Below, one piece after another: positions 1-9,689 of a stretch of 64,000 bases of DNA. Both the position numbers and the translations under genes were made by a program. The notes below the pieces were generated by a model. It made no database searches. It was not told where the DNA came from and worked only from the letters and a program-made list of their open reading frames with translations. The DNA comes from a bacterium (GTDB lineage Bacteria; Patescibacteriota; Minisyncoccia; Phycocordibacterales; UBA6899), in the NCBI GenBank assembly GCA_021851895.1, contig JAJZQJ010000001.1, forward strand, positions 71,338-135,337, in the 5' to 3' direction. Position 1 is the first letter of the stretch. Each line of letters opens with the position of its first letter.

Positions 1-697
1 AGGTTGTAATTGTCCCAACCGTCGATGTCGATACGCACGATGATACGTTCCACTGCCAATTGTAACCATTCCATGTACCGCAAGCGAGTGTGCCACCACC
101 ACTACCACCGCCACTTGGGGTCGAGGTTGCACCAGTTGCCAAAACAATCGCCTGAGTGGATCCAATAGTATAACCGCCGACATCCCCACCTGAAGCAACG
201 AGAGTATCGCTCGGTGCCTCCAGCGACACTGCGCTCAAAGCATACGACACTGTTCCCTGTGGCGGTATATACCGATAGTAATTTGTTGCATTGTTCAAGG
301 GATCAAGTGGGAGCATTGAAATCAATGACCCACCAGAAGCACCAGCAAGATCGATCGGCAGCCAGCCAGTACCATCGACATTCCTCAGACTGCCAGCAAG
401 TACACACCGATAACTCCATCCTGATTGCAACGCGGGCAAACTCCAGCTCGCACACGTTGATGACGTATCAGGAAGTGATACGTAGACTGTATTCGCACTA
501 CCATAGTTCGCACCAGAGACACTTGCCGCATATACTCCAATCGCTCTATCTACAGTAGAAAGATCTGCCACGCGACGCGCATCACGAGCCTTCGCACGCG
601 CCTGCGCTAACGCAACGAGCACGACGCTCGAGATGAGTGTGATGATTGCGATAACGACAAGAAGTTCAATGAGGGTAAAACCTTTTTTGCGAGTCAT
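1..697 (-). CDS. Type IV pilin-like protein with prepilin N-terminal motif, runs off the window; paralog of the two adjacent pilin-propeller genes
   Basis: Manual translation from ATG at 697: [42 protein letters not shown]...GGGSGGGTLACGTWNGYNWQWNVSSCVSTSTVGTITT. Open to base 1; absent from the ORF track because it is truncated. Confidence 0.9.
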   Translation of the reverse strand, partial: MTRKKGFTLIELLVVIAIITLISSVVLVALAQARAKARDARRVADLSTVDRAIGVYAASVSGANYGSANTVYVSLPDTSSTCASWSLPALQSGWSYRCVLAGSLRNVDGTGWLPIDLAGASGGSLISMLPLDPLNNATNYYRYIPPQGTVSYALSAVSLEAPSDTLVASGGDVGGYTIGSTQAIVLATGATSTPSGGGSGGGTLACGTWNGYNWQWNVSSCVSTSTVGTITT

Positions 698-746
698 GAT
701 TCAATTATAATATAGCGAATGATGTTATACAATGTATAGTGTCACA

Positions 747-771
747 AAAACAGAACCACTGGTTCTGTTTT
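747..771 (-). terminator. Intrinsic terminator between pilin genes 2 and 1
   Basis: aaaacagaacc-act-ggttctgtttt hairpin with A/T tracts. Confidence 0.75.
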
Positions 772-2224
772 ATCGCGCTACGATCTTCGTAACACTATTA
801 CCTCCCCTGTTTGCAGTCCATATATTTAAACCATCGAAAGTAATACCCACGGGGCCCGCACCCGTTCCCGTAAAGGTCGTCATTGGCGTTGGACTGAGTG
901 GATCGATCCTTGTCACACTATTGCCCGTATTATTTGCCGTCCACAAATATTTTCCATCAAACACGATCCCACTTGGACTTCCACCAGTCCCCGAATAAGT
1001 CGCAATGAGGGCCCCATTCGCTGGGTTGAACTTCGAAACACTATTAGTGTTATAATTCGTCGTCCATAAATAGGTGCCATCATATGCAATACCGAAGAGA
1101 TTAGCTCCGGATCCTGCCGTTGTATTCATTCCACCTGTTGTTATATCTATCTTTGTGATTCCGCTTACTCCCCAATTTGCTGTCCACATAGATGTTCCAT
1201 CAAATACGATCCCTGTCGGAATTGACCCAAGTCCCGAATAACTCGTTGTAGCACCTGAGGAAGTAACCTTGGTAACCGCATTTGATGCTTGATCCACTGC
1301 CCACATATTCGCACCATCAAAAGCTATGAAATAGGGATTCGTCAATGTTCCTCCATATGTTGTCATGGTTCCTGTAGGAGTCACCTTCGTCACACTATTT
1401 CCATTCCAATTCGTAACCCACATGTTCGTACCATCGAACGCAATACCTTCAGGATTTGCGCCAGTTCCAGGGTAATTGGTCATACTCCCATCTGTCGTGA
1501 TCTTTGTAACACTGTTCGTATTATAATTAGCAGTCCAGACGTTGTTTCCATCAAATGCGATTGCATAAGGACTTGCGCCAATACCCGTATAGGTTGTCAT
1601 TGTTCCAACTGTCGATGTCGATGAACATGAGGTATTGTACGTAAAGCTATACCCATTCCACGTTGCGCAAACAGGCGCGCCACCTCCACCTCCACCAGTT
1701 CCTGCGGCAATACCACCCCCCTCAGCAGAACCGATGTTCAGCACATAGTTGAATCCATTCGCGAGTGCATTTGTGCCATCACATGCTGCTGCGATCGTCG
1801 TTGAAGATTGTGCCAAAGCGCTCTGTTCGACTTTCACAAAAATACTATAATCCGACGAAGTAGCACAAACACCAAGATAATATGCACCATCACCATAGAC
1901 GGGGTCAATGAGATTGGTATTAGAATAGGTGTCTGCGTTCTTCAGGGCAGTAATGATCGACGTCGTGTAATCGGTCACGCCACTCTTTGCAAAGTATCCT
2001 GCACCCGTATTTTGGTATCCAGCACCTGCAACACGATATGATCCAGTACTCGTCTGATAAAGTTCAAGCGCGGTGCGGAGCTGCACTGCATTCGCCAAAC
2101 GATTCGCGTCACGTGACTTCACCCGTGCTTGCGAAAGTGCGACAAGCACGACGCTCGAGATAAGTGCGATGATCGCAATGACAACAAGGAGTTCGATGAG
2201 GGTAAAACCTCTATGACGATTCAT
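770..2224 (-). CDS. Type IV pilin-like N-terminus fused to a 7-repeat beta-propeller (Vgb/NHL/YVTN-like), putative pilus adhesin
   Basis: [14 protein letters not shown] motif; Gly-rich linker; seven ~39-42-aa repeats I(A/V/T)(F/Y)DGxx(M/L/V/I)W(T/V/A)xNxxxNSVTKI. Confidence 0.88.
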   Translation of the reverse strand: MNRHRGFTLIELLVVIAIIALISSVVLVALSQARVKSRDANRLANAVQLRTALELYQTSTGSYRVAGAGYQNTGAGYFAKSGVTDYTTSIITALKNADTYSNTNLIDPVYGDGAYYLGVCATSSDYSIFVKVEQSALAQSSTTIAAACDGTNALANGFNYVLNIGSAEGGGIAAGTGGGGGGAPVCATWNGYSFTYNTSCSSTSTVGTMTTYTGIGASPYAIAFDGNNVWTANYNTNSVTKITTDGSMTNYPGTGANPEGIAFDGTNMWVTNWNGNSVTKVTPTGTMTTYGGTLTNPYFIAFDGANMWAVDQASNAVTKVTSSGATTSYSGLGSIPTGIVFDGTSMWTANWGVSGITKIDITTGGMNTTAGSGANLFGIAYDGTYLWTTNYNTNSVSKFNPANGALIATYSGTGGSPSGIVFDGKYLWTANNTGNSVTRIDPLSPTPMTTFTGTGAGPVGITFDGLNIWTANRGGNSVTKIVAR

Positions 2225-2273
2225 GATTCAATTATAATATATCGGATGCTGTTATACAATGTATAGTGTCTGA

Positions 2274-2298
2274 AAAACAGGACCATTGGTCCTGTTTT
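2274..2298 (-). terminator. Intrinsic terminator between pilin genes 3 and 2
   Basis: aaaacaggacc-att-ggtcctgtttt; compensatory A-T to G-C change relative to the 747-771 copy. Confidence 0.75.
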
Positions 2299-3733
2299 AT
2301 CTTGCCACGATCTTCGTGATCGAACTTGAGTTATAATTCGGCGCCCACATACTTGTCCCATCGAATGTGATACCTGCGGATCCAACACCGGTCACCGCAT
2401 ACGAAGTAACACTTCCCAATGGAGTGATGCGTGATACCGTACTTGCGGTATAATTCGCGGTCCACATATTGATGCCATCGAACGCGATACTATTAACACC
2501 GGCACCGGTACCACCATAAGTCGACATCGCACCTGCAGGAGTGATTTTTGTCACACTCGCACCACCATTATTGCCTGTCCACATATTTGTACCGTCAAAT
2601 GCAATGGCGGCCGGATTTGATCCCGTTCCACCGTATGTTGTTATCGTCCCCGCAGGAGTGATCTTACTCACACTGTTTCCATTGAAATTCGCGGTCCACA
2701 TGTTCGTTCCATCAAAGGCGATGCCGTCAGGCTGTAAGCCCGTAGCGGCATAGGTCGTCATTGTACCCGATGGAGTGATCTTCGTTACATTATTATCTTG
2801 CCAATTTGCAGTCCACATATTCACTCCATCAAAAGCAATACCCGACGGCTTTGCTCCTGTACCTGTATATGTGGTCATGACTCCTGAAGGCGTGATCTTT
2901 GTCACACTATTCCCCCCTTGATTGGCGGTCCACATATTCGTCCCATCAAATGCAATATCGATCGGAGATAAACCAGTTCCCACATATGTTGTTGTTGCGC
3001 CCAAAGGAGTGATCTTCGTAACACTATTGCTCCCAAAATTGACCACCCACATATTCGTCCCATCGAATGCAGCAATACGTGGCTTCACCTGAAGACCAGG
3101 ATAATTTGTCACTGTGCCGAGAGCTGCGCCGGCCGTACAGGAGAGATTCCATTGCCAGCCGTAGCCATTCCACGTCGCGCAAACTTGCTGGGCAGGAGTA
3201 CCCTGTCCTGCAGCAAGACCAGCGCCACCTTCCGCTGAGCCAACATCCAATACGTAATTAAAACCATTCGCAAGTGCATTTGCTCCATCGCAGGCTGCAC
3301 CTACAGTTGTCGTCGATTGCGCGAGTGACGACTGCTCAAGCTTAAGAAAAATTGAATAGACCGAAGAGGTCGAACAAACTCCGAGAAAATATTCTGAATC
3401 TCCAAAAACGGGATCGACGAGATTTGATTGTGAATAATAACCGGAATTCTTGAGCGCACTGGTGATTGACGTTGCATAATCGACAACCCCTCCGCGTGTC
3501 ATGAATCCAGCACCCGTATTTTGGTATCCCGCACCTGCAACACGATATGATCCAGTACTCGTCTGATAAAGTTCAAGCGCGGTGCGGAGCTGCACTGCAT
3601 TTGCAAGACGATTCGCATCACGTGATTTCACGCGCGCTTGAGATAATGCAACAAGCACAGCGCTCGAGATAAGTGCGATGATCGCAATGACGACAAGGAG
3701 TTCGATGAGAGTGAAAGCTCTTCTATGAAACAT
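2297..3733 (-). CDS. Type IV pilin-like N-terminus fused to a 7-repeat beta-propeller, putative pilus adhesin
   Basis: [14 protein letters not shown] motif; seven [12 protein letters not shown]...VTKITP repeats. Confidence 0.88.
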   Translation of the reverse strand: MFHRRAFTLIELLVVIAIIALISSAVLVALSQARVKSRDANRLANAVQLRTALELYQTSTGSYRVAGAGYQNTGAGFMTRGGVVDYATSITSALKNSGYYSQSNLVDPVFGDSEYFLGVCSTSSVYSIFLKLEQSSLAQSTTTVGAACDGANALANGFNYVLDVGSAEGGAGLAAGQGTPAQQVCATWNGYGWQWNLSCTAGAALGTVTNYPGLQVKPRIAAFDGTNMWVVNFGSNSVTKITPLGATTTYVGTGLSPIDIAFDGTNMWTANQGGNSVTKITPSGVMTTYTGTGAKPSGIAFDGVNMWTANWQDNNVTKITPSGTMTTYAATGLQPDGIAFDGTNMWTANFNGNSVSKITPAGTITTYGGTGSNPAAIAFDGTNMWTGNNGGASVTKITPAGAMSTYGGTGAGVNSIAFDGINMWTANYTASTVSRITPLGSVTSYAVTGVGSAGITFDGTSMWAPNYNSSSITKIVAR

Positions 3734-3794
3734 ACTATTATTATACTATATTTTTTATAGTATAAAGCACAAACAAAAACATCCTTTCGGATGT

Positions 3795-5588
3795 TTATGC
3801 TGTGACTTGACGCTTTGCTTTCGAGCGCTCTGTCTCAGTGAGGAGCTTCTTGCGCAAACGAATACTCTTTGGAGTAATCTCGAGATATTCATCATCATCC
3901 ATGATCTCCATACCGTTCTCGATACCGAGCACAACAGGAGGCACGAGATTGATCGCCTCATCAGAACCCGATGCACGCATGTTCGTGAGCTGCTTACCCT
4001 TTGTTGGATTCACAAGCATCTGCTCTCCCTTGCTCGTATTGCCGATGATCATTCCTTCGTATACTTCAGTCGTTGGAGTGATATATATTTCTCCGCGCTC
4101 CTGAAGATTCCAAAGCGAGAAAGCAAGTGCCTTACCGGACTCCATAGAGATCATCGCTCCCGCATTGCGGTGATCGATCTCTCCTGCCCATGGGCGGAAT
4201 CCGATGACGCGCGAAGACATAATACCTTCTCCGCGCGTATCAACGACAAATTGCATACGATAGCCAAGGAGTCCACGTGTTGGGCCCTCGAAAATCATAC
4301 GGACCATATTGTCATGCTGCACCATGTGCGTCATGACAGCGCCGCGCTTACCGAGCTTCTCGATCACCACGCCCTGTGATACGGATGGGACGTCGATAGT
4401 GACTTCCTCGAAAGGCTCGCTCTTAACGCCATCGATCTCTTTCACAATGACCTGCGGCTGTGAAATCTGGATTTCAAACCCTTCACGGCGCATGTTTTCG
4501 AGCAAGATAGCAATATGAAGCTCACCACGTCCTGCGACGCGAAAAGACTCACCCGAAGCGGAGTCAAAATCAACACGGAGACCGACGTTCACTTCGAGCT
4601 CCTTCTCGAGTCGCTCGCGAATCTGGCGACCGGTAACGAATTTACCTTCACGGCCTGCAAACGGAGAGTTATTGACGAGGAAGTTAAGCTCGATCGTCGG
4701 CTCATCGACAGTGATCATTGGAAGCTGCTCTACATCTGCAGAGTGTGCGATAGTCTCACCGATAAAGACATCGGGAATACCTGCAATGATACCGATATCA
4801 CCCGAAACGAGCTCGGGAACCTCAACGCGCTTGATACCGCGGAATGCGAAAAGCTTCGTGATCTTCGCTTTGCGCGCGACTCCATTATTCAAGACAATAA
4901 GATTATCCGCATCCTTCACAACACCGTCGACAACGCGAACGACTGCGAGGCGTCCAAGATAATTATCGTATGCGAGATTAAATGGCTGCGCACGCATTGG
5001 GAGCGAGGTATCGCCATTTGCAACCGGAACATACTCAAGGATCATATCAAGAAGTGGCGTGAGATCCTTACGCTCGTCATCAAGCTTGCGCATCGCAACG
5101 CCTTCGCGTCCGATCGCATAGCACACATGAAAATTCATCTGCTCCTGCGTTGCGCCGAGATCCATGAAAAGCTCGAGCACTTCCTCTTCTACGCGATGAG
5201 GATCAGCTGCAGGCTTGTCGATCTTGTTTATAACAACGATCGGCTTAAGACCCAAGTCGAGAGACTTCTTCAAGACGAAGCGCGTCTGTGGCATAGGACC
5301 TTCCTGGGCATCAACAATAAGGAGCACGCTATCGATCGAGCGCAAGACACGCTCAACTTCGGATCCGAAATCCGCGTGGCCTGGTGTGTCCACGATGTTG
5401 ATCTTTGTGTCCTTGTAGTATGCTGCAGTGTTCTTCGAGTAGATGGTGATGCCACGCTCAAGCTCAAGCGAGTTCGAGTCCATTGATTCACCCTCTGCAA
5501 ACATGCCCGTTTGGCGCATCAGCGCATCGGTCAATGTGGTCTTTCCGTGGTCGACGTGTGCGATGATCGCGATGTTGCGAATTTCCAT
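3795..5588 (-). CDS. typA: Translational GTPase TypA/BipA
   Basis: [31 protein letters not shown]-terminal [11 protein letters not shown]; start placed at the ATG at 5588. Confidence 0.97.
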   Translation of the reverse strand: MEIRNIAIIAHVDHGKTTLTDALMRQTGMFAEGESMDSNSLELERGITIYSKNTAAYYKDTKINIVDTPGHADFGSEVERVLRSIDSVLLIVDAQEGPMPQTRFVLKKSLDLGLKPIVVINKIDKPAADPHRVEEEVLELFMDLGATQEQMNFHVCYAIGREGVAMRKLDDERKDLTPLLDMILEYVPVANGDTSLPMRAQPFNLAYDNYLGRLAVVRVVDGVVKDADNLIVLNNGVARKAKITKLFAFRGIKRVEVPELVSGDIGIIAGIPDVFIGETIAHSADVEQLPMITVDEPTIELNFLVNNSPFAGREGKFVTGRQIRERLEKELEVNVGLRVDFDSASGESFRVAGRGELHIAILLENMRREGFEIQISQPQVIVKEIDGVKSEPFEEVTIDVPSVSQGVVIEKLGKRGAVMTHMVQHDNMVRMIFEGPTRGLLGYRMQFVVDTRGEGIMSSRVIGFRPWAGEIDHRNAGAMISMESGKALAFSLWNLQERGEIYITPTTEVYEGMIIGNTSKGEQMLVNPTKGKQLTNMRASGSDEAINLVPPVVLGIENGMEIMDDDEYLEITPKSIRLRKKLLTETERSKAKRQVTA

Positions 5589-5622
5589 AATAATATTGCG
5601 TTTAGTTGAGCATGGCACAAGG

Positions 5623-5748
5623 TTTAAGGAAAGCGAGTGGATGAAATTCGAGGAGCGGGCAAAACTTCGAAGAAGATGTACTTGAAGTACATTGACTGAG
5701 AAGTTTGGGTGCCCGCGACAAAGAAGTTCGCCTCTCGCTTTTCTTAAA
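5623..5748. repeat. 126-bp imperfect palindromic element in the typA leader (family copy 1)
   Basis: tttaaggaaagcgag...ctcgcttttcttaaa arms, apical atgtactt/aagtacat; shares GGATGAAATTC, TCGAAGRAGATG, CATTGACTGAG and GAAGTTCGCC with 55553-55678. Confidence 0.8.
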
Positions 5749-5785
5749 TAAAAAAGAGCCAGATGCCATGTAATAATGTCGCGAT

Positions 5786-5814
5786 ATTATAGCACGAAAA
5801 TTTTTATTTTACAA
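5786..5814 (-). promoter_or_regulatory. sigma70-type promoter of typA
   Basis: Minus strand TTGTAA-17-TATAAT. Confidence 0.6.
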
Positions 5815-6049
5815 GGCCAAAATGAATTTTTCACAATGCTATACAACACTTTGCCTCGACGATGATTTTTTTGTTTAGCTAATACATTGTATAGACCCAC
5901 TCAAGTGATACGTGCCCTTCGCGGTGATCAGTACCCCACCGCTCATTCACCGAAGAACTACTTACATAAAAAATATTGCTTTGTTAAGGGATTTTTTTAT
6001 TACCATACCTATTTACAAAATTATGAAATAGTGTTATAGTCGTCCTCAT

Positions 6050-7492
6050 ATGAACTCATCCCGATCACACTCCTCGCGCGGAGGCTACGGAGACCGCCCG
6101 AAAGGTGGAGCACGCTCCTACGGACCACGCCCGTCTTTCGGTGACCGCAAGCCAACAGGTGCGCGCAAGTCATACGGAGACAAACCATCGTTTGGCAGCC
6201 GCCCTTCATTTGGCGAAAGGAAATCGTATGGAGATCGTCCATCATTTGGCGATCGCAAGCGCTCTCCATTTGGTGAACGTAAGTCATTTGGTGATCGAAA
6301 ACCATTTGGAGATCGTAAACCATTCGGAGATCGTCCATCCTATTCTGATCGACCAAGGAAATCATTTGGCGACAGACCATCATTCGGGGATCGCCCATCA
6401 TTCGGTGATCGCCCTCGAAGGTCATTCGGTGATCGTCCATCATTCGGGGATCGTAAGCCTTTCCGAGATGGCATGCGCTCTGAACATTCAGCACGATCGT
6501 TCTCACGAGCGCCTCGCGAGGAAAAGCCTGTCGAGAAGGAAGATTACTTCCCAAAGACATCTCGACGAAATGTCACACGAAGCTTCGACCAAGACTTCGA
6601 GAAAAAGAAGAGTGCACCAAAGAGTGAGCGCCCTTCTCTCATGAACGATGTCATGGCGCAAGCGACGAATGAGGCGGATACGCTGACTCCGCGAAAGCAA
6701 AAGGCGTACATGCGTACGACACCACAAAGCGCAACACCAAAGACCTCTTGGGGTGATGTGTCATCATGGTACGACGAGCATCTTGAAAATGAAACAGACA
6801 CCTATCACCTTCAAGTGATCCTTCCAAATCTCAAGCGCTTGATCACACCAGAGAATGGCACAAGCGTACTCGAGCTCGCCTGCGGACAAGGATTCTTTAC
6901 ACGACGTTTTCAGGATGCTTTCCCTGATGCGACCTTTGAAGGCGTCGATATTGGTGATGAGCTTATCGCTATCGCGCAGAAACGTGCACCGAAGATGCAT
7001 TTCGCGGTTGATAATGCGGAGGAACTGAAAACGATCGCTGATGCTTCGTTCGATACGGTGTACATCGTGCTCGCGATACAGAACATCGAGAACATGGAGA
7101 AACTCTTTGGGGAAGTCTCTCGTGTACTCAAACCGTCTGGAACATTCCATGTTGTCATGAACCACCCCGCGTTCCGCATACCAAGAGAATCATCTTGGGA
7201 ATATGTTGACGATAAGGGTATTCAAGCGAGACGCATCGATGCGTATCTCACGAACTCGAAAGTGAGTATGGAGATGCATCCGGGAATCATTGGTGCACCG
7301 CAGACCATCTCATTCCATCGCCCACTGCAAACCTACTTCAAACAACTTACGAAGTATGGCTTCGCTGTCGACCGACTTGAGGAGTGGATCTCTCATAAGG
7401 TGAGCGATTCAGGCCCACGCAAGGATGCTGAGAATAAAGCACGTAAAGAGTTCCCCCTCTTTATGTATCTCCGCGCAAAGAAACTTGGATAA
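6050..7492 (+). CDS. Class I SAM-dependent methyltransferase with a long N-terminal (S/P)FG(D/E)R(P/K) repeat region
   Basis: VLELACGQGFF motif I, acidic motif II GVDIG; N-terminal ~140 aa of FGDRPS/FGDRKP repeats. Confidence 0.88.
   Translation: MNSSRSHSSRGGYGDRPKGGARSYGPRPSFGDRKPTGARKSYGDKPSFGSRPSFGERKSYGDRPSFGDRKRSPFGERKSFGDRKPFGDRKPFGDRPSYSDRPRKSFGDRPSFGDRPSFGDRPRRSFGDRPSFGDRKPFRDGMRSEHSARSFSRAPREEKPVEKEDYFPKTSRRNVTRSFDQDFEKKKSAPKSERPSLMNDVMAQATNEADTLTPRKQKAYMRTTPQSATPKTSWGDVSSWYDEHLENETDTYHLQVILPNLKRLITPENGTSVLELACGQGFFTRRFQDAFPDATFEGVDIGDELIAIAQKRAPKMHFAVDNAEELKTIADASFDTVYIVLAIQNIENMEKLFGEVSRVLKPSGTFHVVMNHPAFRIPRESSWEYVDDKGIQARRIDAYLTNSKVSMEMHPGIIGAPQTISFHRPLQTYFKQLTKYGFAVDRLEEWISHKVSDSGPRKDAENKARKEFPLFMYLRAKKLG
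6130..6465 (+). repeat. Coding degenerate ~18-bp tandem repeats (SFGDRP units)
   Basis: Repeated ccatcatt(c/t)ggNgatcg units. Confidence 0.85.
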
Positions 7493-7518
7493 AAAAACAC
7501 CGCGAAAGCGGTGTTTTT
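7493..7518. terminator. Bidirectional terminator
   Basis: aaaaacaccgc-gaaa-gcggtgttttt between convergent genes. Confidence 0.8.
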
Positions 7519-7544
7519 GCTTGGAAGCGTGAAATGCCCGGATG

Positions 7545-7877
7545 CTAGAAACGGTCACTTTCACGCCGAGGGGGCGGAGCCTGAACCGAATAGCCTTTCC
7601 TTAAGAGGAAGAAGAATGCGGTTGCCTCGAACTCGTCGGCCTCCACAGAGAAGTGCTGCTTCCCGTCGGCACTCTTCAAGACTACCGAACTACCGACGGA
7701 TGTGAACTCCAAAGAGTTGCGATCATGTCCGACGAGTTTCCCCGAGTGCATACGCTTTACCCAAGAGGACTCCTTGATATGCTCAGGATCGACCATCGCG
7801 GTCACACCGTCGATGATGACCTGCACACATCTTTTGCAGAACACACCCTTCAAGCGATCGATAAATGACATCGGCAT
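7545..7877 (-). CDS. Hypothetical protein (orphan, SD-led)
   Basis: 110-aa ORF; GGAGG 6 nt before ATG; upstream TTGACA-16-TAGAGT. Confidence 0.7.
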   Translation of the reverse strand: MPMSFIDRLKGVFCKRCVQVIIDGVTAMVDPEHIKESSWVKRMHSGKLVGHDRNSLEFTSVGSSVVLKSADGKQHFSVEADEFEATAFFFLLRKGYSVQAPPPRRESDRF

Positions 7878-8068
7878 CTATTGCCTCCGAAAAATCTGAA
7901 ATAAAAAAGAGGAACGAATCCTTTGTTCACTCTATAGTAGAGAGAGTCATTGTCAACTGAACATTATTTTAGTTTTATTACAAGAACACACATACACTGT
8001 CACAAAAAGATGTTTCATAAATTATTATATGTGAAGGCAATCCTTCATGACATAAACACAGCAGCTAT

Positions 8069-8812
8069 ATGAAAAAAATCATTATTTTAAGCGGTATTTT
8101 CATGCTTTTTGGAGCATATGCGCACGCAGATACCAGACATCCGATGGATATCATGGTATTACGACCGCTACCCGCGCCGATCGTTTCCGAGGTAGCAACG
8201 ACTTCAGCGTCTGTAGCACTTCCTGATCTTTCAGGATGGTTTGATACATCATCAAGCACGTTAAATGATGTCGCGAAGCAGAGCATATATTTCCAGTATG
8301 GAGAGCTCAAGCAGATCTGTCCGGCGATTTACCCACCACTCCCCTCATGCATGCCAAAGGTCACCGCAAAGGGATTGGCAACGACGACCCTCAATGATCT
8401 CAAGCCCGGCACATGGTACTATGTGCGTTATATTAAGGACTCGAGTATCGCATGTATCAAAGCTCCTTGTCCAACAAATGAGCGCAGGAGTGAACAAACA
8501 ACCTTCCTAACGCTGGGCTCAAATCTTGCGACAAGTACTGCCACGAGTTCCGATGACCGCGGAAGTGAGCGCAAGAATGAGAATAAACAGAAGAAGTTCA
8601 AGCGCGATCTTTGGTATCGCACTCGCGGGGACGAAGTGAAGACATTACAAGAGCTCCTCATCAAGCTCGGCTTCCTCAAAGACGAAGCGACAGGATTCTT
8701 CGGAGTTAATACACTAAAGGCTGTGAAGAGCTACCAGCGTGAGGTCATGCATATTCCACCAACAGGAAAAGTCGGACCACTGACACGATCATCTCTTCAT
8801 GTTGAAGACTAA
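8069..8812 (+). CDS. Secreted protein with C-terminal peptidoglycan-binding (PG_binding_1-like) domain
   Basis: Signal peptide ending AYAHA; Cys motifs CPAIYPP..C and CIKAPCP; C-terminal GDEVKTLQELL...TGFFGVNTLKAVKSYQ...TGKVGPLT. Confidence 0.8.
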   Translation: MKKIIILSGIFMLFGAYAHADTRHPMDIMVLRPLPAPIVSEVATTSASVALPDLSGWFDTSSSTLNDVAKQSIYFQYGELKQICPAIYPPLPSCMPKVTAKGLATTTLNDLKPGTWYYVRYIKDSSIACIKAPCPTNERRSEQTTFLTLGSNLATSTATSSDDRGSERKNENKQKKFKRDLWYRTRGDEVKTLQELLIKLGFLKDEATGFFGVNTLKAVKSYQREVMHIPPTGKVGPLTRSSLHVED

Positions 8813-8899
8813 TAAACAAGCACCACTCGGTGCTTGTTTTCTTTACAGCACATCGAATTTACACTAGGATAACGAAAGATGCTTCTTCTTGGAGGCATT

Positions 8900-9457
8900 A
8901 TGTCCGCGCTTCGCATCATCCATGGATCAGAAAGTCCCTCAAAAGTGAGTGCTGTGCGCAATGTGATCACCTCTTATTTCCCTTCCCCGCTCGATCTGAT
9001 ACATGTGCATATAGATTCGGGAGTCGGGCGACAACCGCGTTCACTCACAGAAACCGTGCGCGGTGCAAAGAAGCGTGCCTGTGACGGACTCATCGCTCTT
9101 GATGGCACGTTCGGCATCGGTATCGAGTCAGGAATCGTTGAACTCCCCGGATCGAGCAGTCTTGCCATGGAGCTTGCCGTCTGCGCAATCTTCAATGGTA
9201 AACACTATGCGATCGGACAATCCGCCGGATTTGAAATTCCTCGGTGTGTCATGGGAGATATCATTACTCATGGGCACACACTCACTGAAGGCTTTGCGAG
9301 CGTTGGTTTCATCAAAGGTGACCACGAGCACGGATCAAGCAATCTGCTCCGAGAGCTCACCAACGGACGAATGACCCGACAGATGCAAAACGAGCAAGCA
9401 CTCACCATGGCACTCATCCAGCTCGACCACTATCAGCTCTACGGCTATCGCGACTGA
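8900..9457 (+). CDS. Inosine/xanthosine triphosphatase (YjjX/DUF84 family), divergent
   Basis: GSESPSKVSAV, DSGVGRQP, ETVRGAKKRA, GIGIESG; GGAGG 4 nt before ATG 8900; promoter TTTACA-17-TAGGAT. Confidence 0.8.
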   Translation: MSALRIIHGSESPSKVSAVRNVITSYFPSPLDLIHVHIDSGVGRQPRSLTETVRGAKKRACDGLIALDGTFGIGIESGIVELPGSSSLAMELAVCAIFNGKHYAIGQSAGFEIPRCVMGDIITHGHTLTEGFASVGFIKGDHEHGSSNLLRELTNGRMTRQMQNEQALTMALIQLDHYQLYGYRD

Positions 9458-9528
9458 ATCAAACGCACCCATCGGGTGCGTTTTTCTTTTCTTTGCATTT
9501 GCATTTCCACCCACAAACACCCATGAAA

Positions 9529-9629
9529 CACTGAGCATTTTTGTCGGCGGTTGCCTCGCTGGAGCCTGACGACGTACAGTGGTACGGCGAAGGCGAAGCG
9601 TGAGGCGACCCCCGTCAAAAAGACCAGTG
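9529..9629. repeat. Imperfect palindromic element (family copy 2) downstream of rpoD
   Basis: cactg...cagtg ends; ggttgcctcgctggagc / gcgaagcgtgaggcgacc; apical cgtac-agtg-gtacg. Confidence 0.7.
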
Positions 9630-9689
9630 CCGTACATGGACAGCACGTAATCAATAAATTGCGCAAATTAAAAACCCTAAGAAGGGTTT

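Noticed and set aside
770-3733. Diversity-generating retroelement targeting the pilin propellers
   Set aside because: No reverse transcriptase in the window and no TR/VR pair with adenine-specific mismatches; the repeats differ at all base types.
5890-5960. Possible small RNA or riboswitch between typA and the methyltransferase
   Set aside because: Only one short hairpin (gcggtg/caccgc) and no recognisable conserved motif.
6130-6465. CRISPR array
   Set aside because: The repeats are degenerate in-frame coding units with no spacers, and no cas genes are present.
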